In this document: one piece after another, positions 58,301-64,000 of the stretch
Layout: every line of letters starts with the position of its first letter
Numbering within the stretch: position 1 is the first letter of the stretch
Source: Aplysia californica
Lineage: Eukaryota
Direction of reading: 5' to 3'
Length of the DNA: 64,000 nt
Assembly (NCBI RefSeq): GCF_000002075.1
Contig: NW_004797422.1
Location: forward strand, 252,549 to 316,548
Notes under the pieces: model-generated
Database searches by the model: none
Told to the model about the DNA's origin: nothing
What the model saw: only the letters and a program-made list of their open reading frames with translations
Made by a program: the position numbers and the translations under genes

Positions 58301-61300
58301 CTATAATTATTACTACCCCAGCAAACCTGATAGCATTCTAAAAAAAAAAACGTGTCAACTTCCTGGTAAGCATACATCCCTTTACATAGTCTTAGTCTTA
58401 CATACAGCGCCTAGAGCTGTGTTCACATGGAAGCGGGCGCTATAGAAATGATCTACATTATTATTATTATTACAATTGTCTAACACAGACTTTCTCACAC
58501 AAATTTCCAACAGGGACCACTTTTTGAAACTCACAAAATGGAGAAACAACACACATCAGGTCATGGCAAGATGTTTAGAGTTCATACAGCCCTCAGACAT
58601 GGATTTTGATAGAGGACAGGCGTAATCATTAACTTTATCATCAGCTCTATCGGTTAACACTTCGTGGTAACTTGGCACAATAATGCGACAGTGAAAATTA
58701 TCCGTTCTGGTCACTTGGCCTGAACCAGGCCCGAGAAGTCTGTTGCAGTCACTCTCCTGGCTGGGTGACCAGATGGGGTATTTTGTACTGCTGGCTGTTT
58801 GACTGCAAAGTATTAACGAGAGGGGAAGGAAAGAGAGATGGAGGCAAGTGAGGTGGGGTGGGGTGAGAACAGCAGAATCAATTTCTCCAACAGAAAAGTT
58901 TTGAACCATTGGGTGTGAATTTGATTAATTCGCTTTTGATTCAAAGTCCTGCAAGGAGTGAGCATAAACTTAAGGAAAAGTAAGATCAGGGTCAGTTCAC
59001 TATGACAGTACATAATTGATTCAGCCTCAAGACCATGGGTTAAAAGACCCATTGAAGCAGAATGCAACTCTTTGAACAAATAATGTAGAAAAAACCGTAC
59101 TTAAAACTGTTCCTTCTTTAGATTCAGCTTTGAACAAGTTATGTAAAATTACAACAGCCTCAAAAATGTTTCTTTACATTCAGCTTTGATGAACAAAAAA
59201 TGCAGAAATTTCTTAAATAAAAAAAGACTACCTCCACTTTGAACAAGAAATACAGAAAATACCAAAACTAAAGAATTTTTCTGTAGGTCCAGCTTTGTTG
59301 GAATAAGGATAAATTAATCTGAACAATTTAACAGGTCGCGCCAGTGAGTTACTTTTGTTGTGAAGCAGAGTAAGAAAAGACTGGACCATTGCGTAAAGGT
59401 TCTCAACAATACAACCTACTATCTACAGACTTTTATGTATGATTATATGGCAATTACAAATATTTATTAAAAAACACCAATATAAAAATATAATACATAA
59501 ATACAATCACACTCATTATTTCATTTACTACAGAGTACCAACCAAAGTTTCTGAACTACTGACTCTCCCAGCAAAACTTTGTTTTAAAAATTAAAAAACC
59601 CATAGGCCAGCAACCTTCAAACAAGTCTAAAACAAAACAAAACAAAGCAGGCCACCAGATATACATCATCATGCGTTTTTCTCATTTTCATGACTCTTGA
59701 AATTTGTCTAAGCATGACTGAGTTAATGCCCTATGAATGGGTCCTTTTTTTTTTTCTTTTCTAAGACACCCGATACATGGACAGCTCTTGATGGTGGCCA
59801 ATCCTCCAACACAGGATGAGTAAGGAAGATGATGAAGATGATTCCCACAGATCTATCCGAGTAGATTGCACATTTTTTACACCCTCAATGTCCTCATTTA
59901 GATCTAGTGTTAGGAGACAGGCAGCCTAAACCCTGCCAGTCAAGGCTGAGTGGCAACAGCAAAGAGCCTAACCATTTCACATAAGATGCTGACCATAGAC
60001 CAATATGTGCAGTTCACTTTTCTTTCTTGTACAAACCGCAAATGAATAATATGAAGTTCGGATGCACAACCATTTTAGATTAGTCTGAGTAAAGAGAAGT
60101 ACACATTCAACTCAAAAACCCCGCAGTCATTTCATGCAGAGAAGAAGCAAAAAAGACAGAAACAAGAGGCGAAAAAAAAAAGATTAGGTCCGATTAGTAG
60201 AGCCCTGCGACTACTTGTTTGCCAAAATAAAGAGGTATCAACTGGCTATGAGAAAAAAAAAATCAGGAACTTTTTGGACCCCCTGGAAACGCATACACAA
60301 GGACTCAAGGTTTATGGATCATACTGTCTAAGACATCTTATATAACAACATTCAGCATGAAGTCATGCAAAATCTGGACAATTTCAAGAATCAGGATTTC
60401 CAGATTTATCCAGAGAATCAGCACCGCTGAACATGAGTTTATGAGAGTGTACAAGTATCACTTTCATAAAAGGCAGAAATACTAAATTAGAAATATAATT
60501 GGGTTTTTTCACAGTGCATCACAGAATAGTATAAAACATACAACAAACATTTGTCAACTGTCATGAGCAGGAAACAGTACACGTGGTACAAAAAAATAAT
60601 TTAGAGATAAACGTATCAAAAACAACTCACCACAATCCTGTGAGTATAAATAAAACAAAAGTGACCAATAAATAAAAATCCAAATTGAGACAAAACTTTA
60701 TATTATCTCTTTAAAATTCCTCAGTACCGGGTACACGCAGAAGAAGCAGACGTGAAGTGTACAGTCTCAATGATGTCATCATGTTCTGAGTACACGTGTC
60801 CACTGCTCAGTGTAAGACTCCCAGGGATGCCAAATGATTTTAGGAAGAAAAAAAAACACTGAAAATGAGCAGAGCATCACATCTCACCTAAAACGAACCT
60901 TGTAAAGTTTTTAAATGAGCAAACAAAAACATCTCTAAGTCTTACCTCTCCCCTTTCCTTTGCAAGTGCATTGGACCTTTGTTGCATCAATTCCAATATT
61001 ATTTTTGTCTTGAGAAAAAGGACCTAATGTCAGTGGAAAAATTCCAACGGATGAAAAAAAATGGAAAAACTGGAGATTTGGCATCCTCCACGCACCATGT
61101 TGAAAAGTGACGTATGACAGAGTCTTATACTGAGCAGTCGAAAAAACATAATGTACATAAATGAAGGATTGCCTGTGTACATACATTACATAAAGGATTT
61201 CCTACAAAAAGGTTTGCCAGAACAACAATACCTCTGCAGCCTCTGTGTAGGGCTTTGATTGTTATGATTGTAACTTTTACATGCCTCTTTTTTTTCAAAT

Positions 61301-61934
61301 GGGAGGGAAAAAAAGACAGAAATTAAATAAAGGGAGAAAGAATATTAGGATAAAAGAGAAGTATAAATAATCTAACCTTCCATCTGTAGGAAAGGAGGCT
61401 TTTTATTTCAAACTGAACTTCCAAAGTCCTGAGGACACTTCTTCACAAAGTCAGAGGTAGGCTAGTCATGTGACTTCAGTGCAACATCATAAAGAGCAGG
61501 TGGGGGGGGGGGGGAAGGTTATACCCTTTGCACAGGTATGTATGTACAACAAGTATTTAGTTAGTTTAGTTTTAGTTAGTAAGGTTTTTTAAACGGCGCT
61601 CGCAACTGCATAAGGTCATGTGAGCTCCAAGGGGTGAGTGTCAACAGAGAAGTCCAAACATGTAAGTATATGTCCATGCGTGGATTTGTGCATGAGACAT
61701 AAGTTTTGCATTCATCTCAAGCTTTGGAGAAAAATTTTGAAAAACACTCAAAACTGTAAGATGTAACTTTCTCCCAGTATCACACAACATTAAGATCATC
61801 ATGAGAGAATTTTCTGGACATTGTAGCAGTTCTCCGGTACAACAAGCACACTCCCTGGGGTACATTGGACACCTGTCCAAGACAACCACCGGTATAAACA
61901 ACCACTGCCCACATCCCCCTTGCATTTTTTTCTC

Positions 61935-62190
61935 TATATGGTCGCTTCTTAAGGACAAGGGGGCTATCCCAAAAAATGCTGTTTTGAGAAAATCGAAGGT
62001 AAAGTTTTTGCCCCTTGTTCAGTGTCTATAAAAGACAAGGAGAGTTTTCCCTATAAGCAAACAAATATACACACCAATGAAACCAAACTTCTACTATAGG
62101 TAGGCCAAAGCCTACTTTTGGTGTAGGTCAAGATTTCTGGAAACTCCCGAAATCTGGGTTAGCCCGTTTGTCCTTAAAAGTGACCATATA
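61935..62190. mobile_element. Family B MITE nested in a pogo-like MITE (61823-62281)
   Basis: TATATGGTCGCTTCTTAAGGACAAG ... TTTGTCCTTAAAAGTGACCATATA; host flanks match the uninterrupted copy at 28398-28574. Confidence 0.85.
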
Positions 62191-62290
62191 TTTTAATGAT
62201 ATTGTCCAACATGTCCACCTTTCTAAGACAACCACTATTCTTCTCAACATCGTGTGGCCATCTTGGACAATTTCAACAGTAAGTCATGTA

Positions 62291-62759
62291 CAGTGGAGTC
62301 CGCCTAAAGTGAACACACTTTTTTAGAACAATCGGTTAAAGTGAGCGATATTCTGTGGTCCCGATTCAAATGCTATTCTTTAAAGTAAAAAACAGAGGAT
62401 AAAAAGAACCAGTTTCATGGGGAAATCGGATAAAGTGAACGCCCAAACGAGTGAAAGCGAAAAACGGACCAACCGTGTCACTGTCGCCATGCCGTGAAAA
62501 TAAAATTCTTTGCCTCGGGCATCGGAAGACAATCCCAGCTCAGCGTTGCCGATGGCAATCAGAAAGAAAGAGCTCTAGTCTAGGCTCTCCCGCTGTGTTG
62601 TTCCCCCCCCCCCCCCCACACCACTTCCACCTTTGACCCACCACTGCACGTAGCTACTGTTTCTAAGCCTCCACCCTACCTAAAAGCTTAAACTGAACCT
62701 CGGATAAAGAGAACACATTCTTCTGGTCCCAAAAAGTTCACTTTAAGCAGACTCCACTG
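62291..62759. mobile_element. Tc1/mariner(pogo/Tigger)-like MITE
   Basis: TA|CAGTGGAGTCCGCCTAAAGTGAAC ... GTTCACTTTAAGCAGACTCCACTG|TA. Confidence 0.9.
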
Positions 62760-63199
62760 TATCACTGTTACACACCAAGACCCAACATCATTTCTCCTAC
62801 CTTCCAGAAAGTTTTTAAAATACCTTATTTTGCTTCCAGTTCTTTTACCCTGTTAGGCCTGCTGTCTTACAAAAGTATCTTCTTTACTGTACTTTCTCCT
62901 ACCCTGTTAATGTAGAAAAATTACCCAACAAAAACTCATACTTGCAGTAGAGTTCTTTAAAAAATCTTATTTGCTTATTCTTTCTCCAACCCTGTTTTTC
63001 CAGACAAGCAAAAGAAAGTCTTATTTGCCATCTCTTCCCTTCCACTCTGTTATTCCAGGTAAGTTTTTTAGTCTCTTTTGTACAATAAAATTCAAATAAA
63101 AGACTTTTTGGCACAACGTTCTTGTCACAAAACGTATTCTGGCATCACCAAAAGTTATCATTTTCGAAAGCCACTCACAGTCATAACTATCAGTTTAAA

Positions 63200-63565
63200 A
63201 AGTCACACATATAGGCATACACACATACACGCAGAAATCTGAACTCATATATGTGTATATATGTACACATCAGGGGAAAGGTACGGCCCCTCCCCACACA
63301 CATACATGCATACACATGCCCATAATCCGCACATGTCTGTGAACACGCAAAACACATGAGTGCACATATAACACATGGGCACACACACACACACACATGT
63401 ATGCACATACACCCACTCATACCTGTTCACACACACAACACATACGCACATGCACACACACACACACATGTATGAAAATAACATCCACTCATACCTGCTC
63501 ACACACACAATACACACATGTATGCACAAACACACATGCACACACACACTCTCTCTCTCTCTCTC
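63200..63565. repeat. Degenerate (CA)n/(CT)n microsatellite in a 3' UTR
   Basis: Visible CA-rich run. Confidence 0.85.
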
Positions 63566-63637
63566 AGCCACTACTTTATTTGTTTTTTCCCCCCCCCCCC
63601 TACCCTCCTGTTGTGATATGCTCGCATCATCCAGCGG

Positions 63638-63830
63638 TCAAGGAGCTCCCATGATGTCCAGCAGATGGTTGACCTTTTTGTTGAGCCAGGTGACCTGTCG
63701 TTTGCGTAAATCCGTGAGCCACAAGGGGGTTAAGAGCGAGTAGCCCCTGACGGCCCCCAGCACCGCCCCTGCCACACACGCATTGCTGTTGCTGTCACCG
63801 GCCATCTTTGTCAGCACTGTGATGAAAGAT
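63638..63830 (-). CDS. Last coding exon of an ADP-ribosylglycohydrolase (ARH/DraG/crystallin J1) family protein; the gene continues beyond the window
   Basis: Acceptor CAG at 63831-63833. SFITVLTKMAGDSNSNACVAGAVLGAVRGYSLLTPLWLTDL...WLNKKVNHLLDIMGAP* resembles the family C-terminal GD.DT.A.IAGA.LGA..G...IP..W motif. Confidence 0.75.
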
Positions 63831-63929
63831 CTGTCCGACAAACAAAGCAATGCGCAGCATCAGCATGTTTGTTGTTTGTTTGAGTAAAAAGAAGCAAATC
63901 AACTTGATGAAAATGGGCATTCGCTGTTA

Positions 63930-64000
63930 AGTTTTAGTTTTGGTAAGAGTTTTATCGCACTTGCAACACAATTAGATCATATAAGAGCCAAAAATTAGAG
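63930..64000 (-). mobile_element. Family A short retroelement (cut by the window edge)
   Basis: (TTTTAG)n tail and stem-loop region. Confidence 0.8.

Noticed and set aside
63190-63654. Cys/Val- and His/Thr-rich ORFs
   Set aside because: Translations of a (CA)n microsatellite

Overview
Eukaryotic (animal) genomic DNA: AT-rich, intron-rich and repeat-rich, with many N gaps. It is probably from an invertebrate such as a mollusc, but that is an impression only. There is no prokaryotic content and no CRISPR array. I assembled the spliced genes by hand from GT-AG junctions with consistent phases. (1) A prostaglandin reductase 1-like (PTGR1, MDR family) gene on the minus strand, 9 coding exons, 339 aa. 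(2) A WASP/N-WASP gene on the minus strand, 12 coding exons, 541 aa, with WH1, basic, CRIB, poly-Pro, 2xWH2, C and A regions. (3) TSR2 on the plus strand, 6 exons, 190 aa, head-to-head with WASP; the two ATGs are 388 bp apart. (4) The last exon of an ADP-ribosylglycohydrolase-family gene at the right edge (minus strand). (5) The promoter and non-coding first exon of an unseen gene at the left edge. Introns carry SINEs, LINE fragments, several MITE families with identifiable TIRs/TSDs, and minisatellites. The most interesting signals are: a ~190-bp headless SINE family whose intronic copies are all sense-oriented and mostly exon-proximal, with a co-varying 3' stem-loop; a possible intronic promoter and alternative first exon that would give a de-repressed WASP; a minisatellite built from a splice donor; the WASP-TSR2 bidirectional promoter; and a degenerate ARH metal-binding motif. 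All of these are hypotheses drawn from sequence alone.
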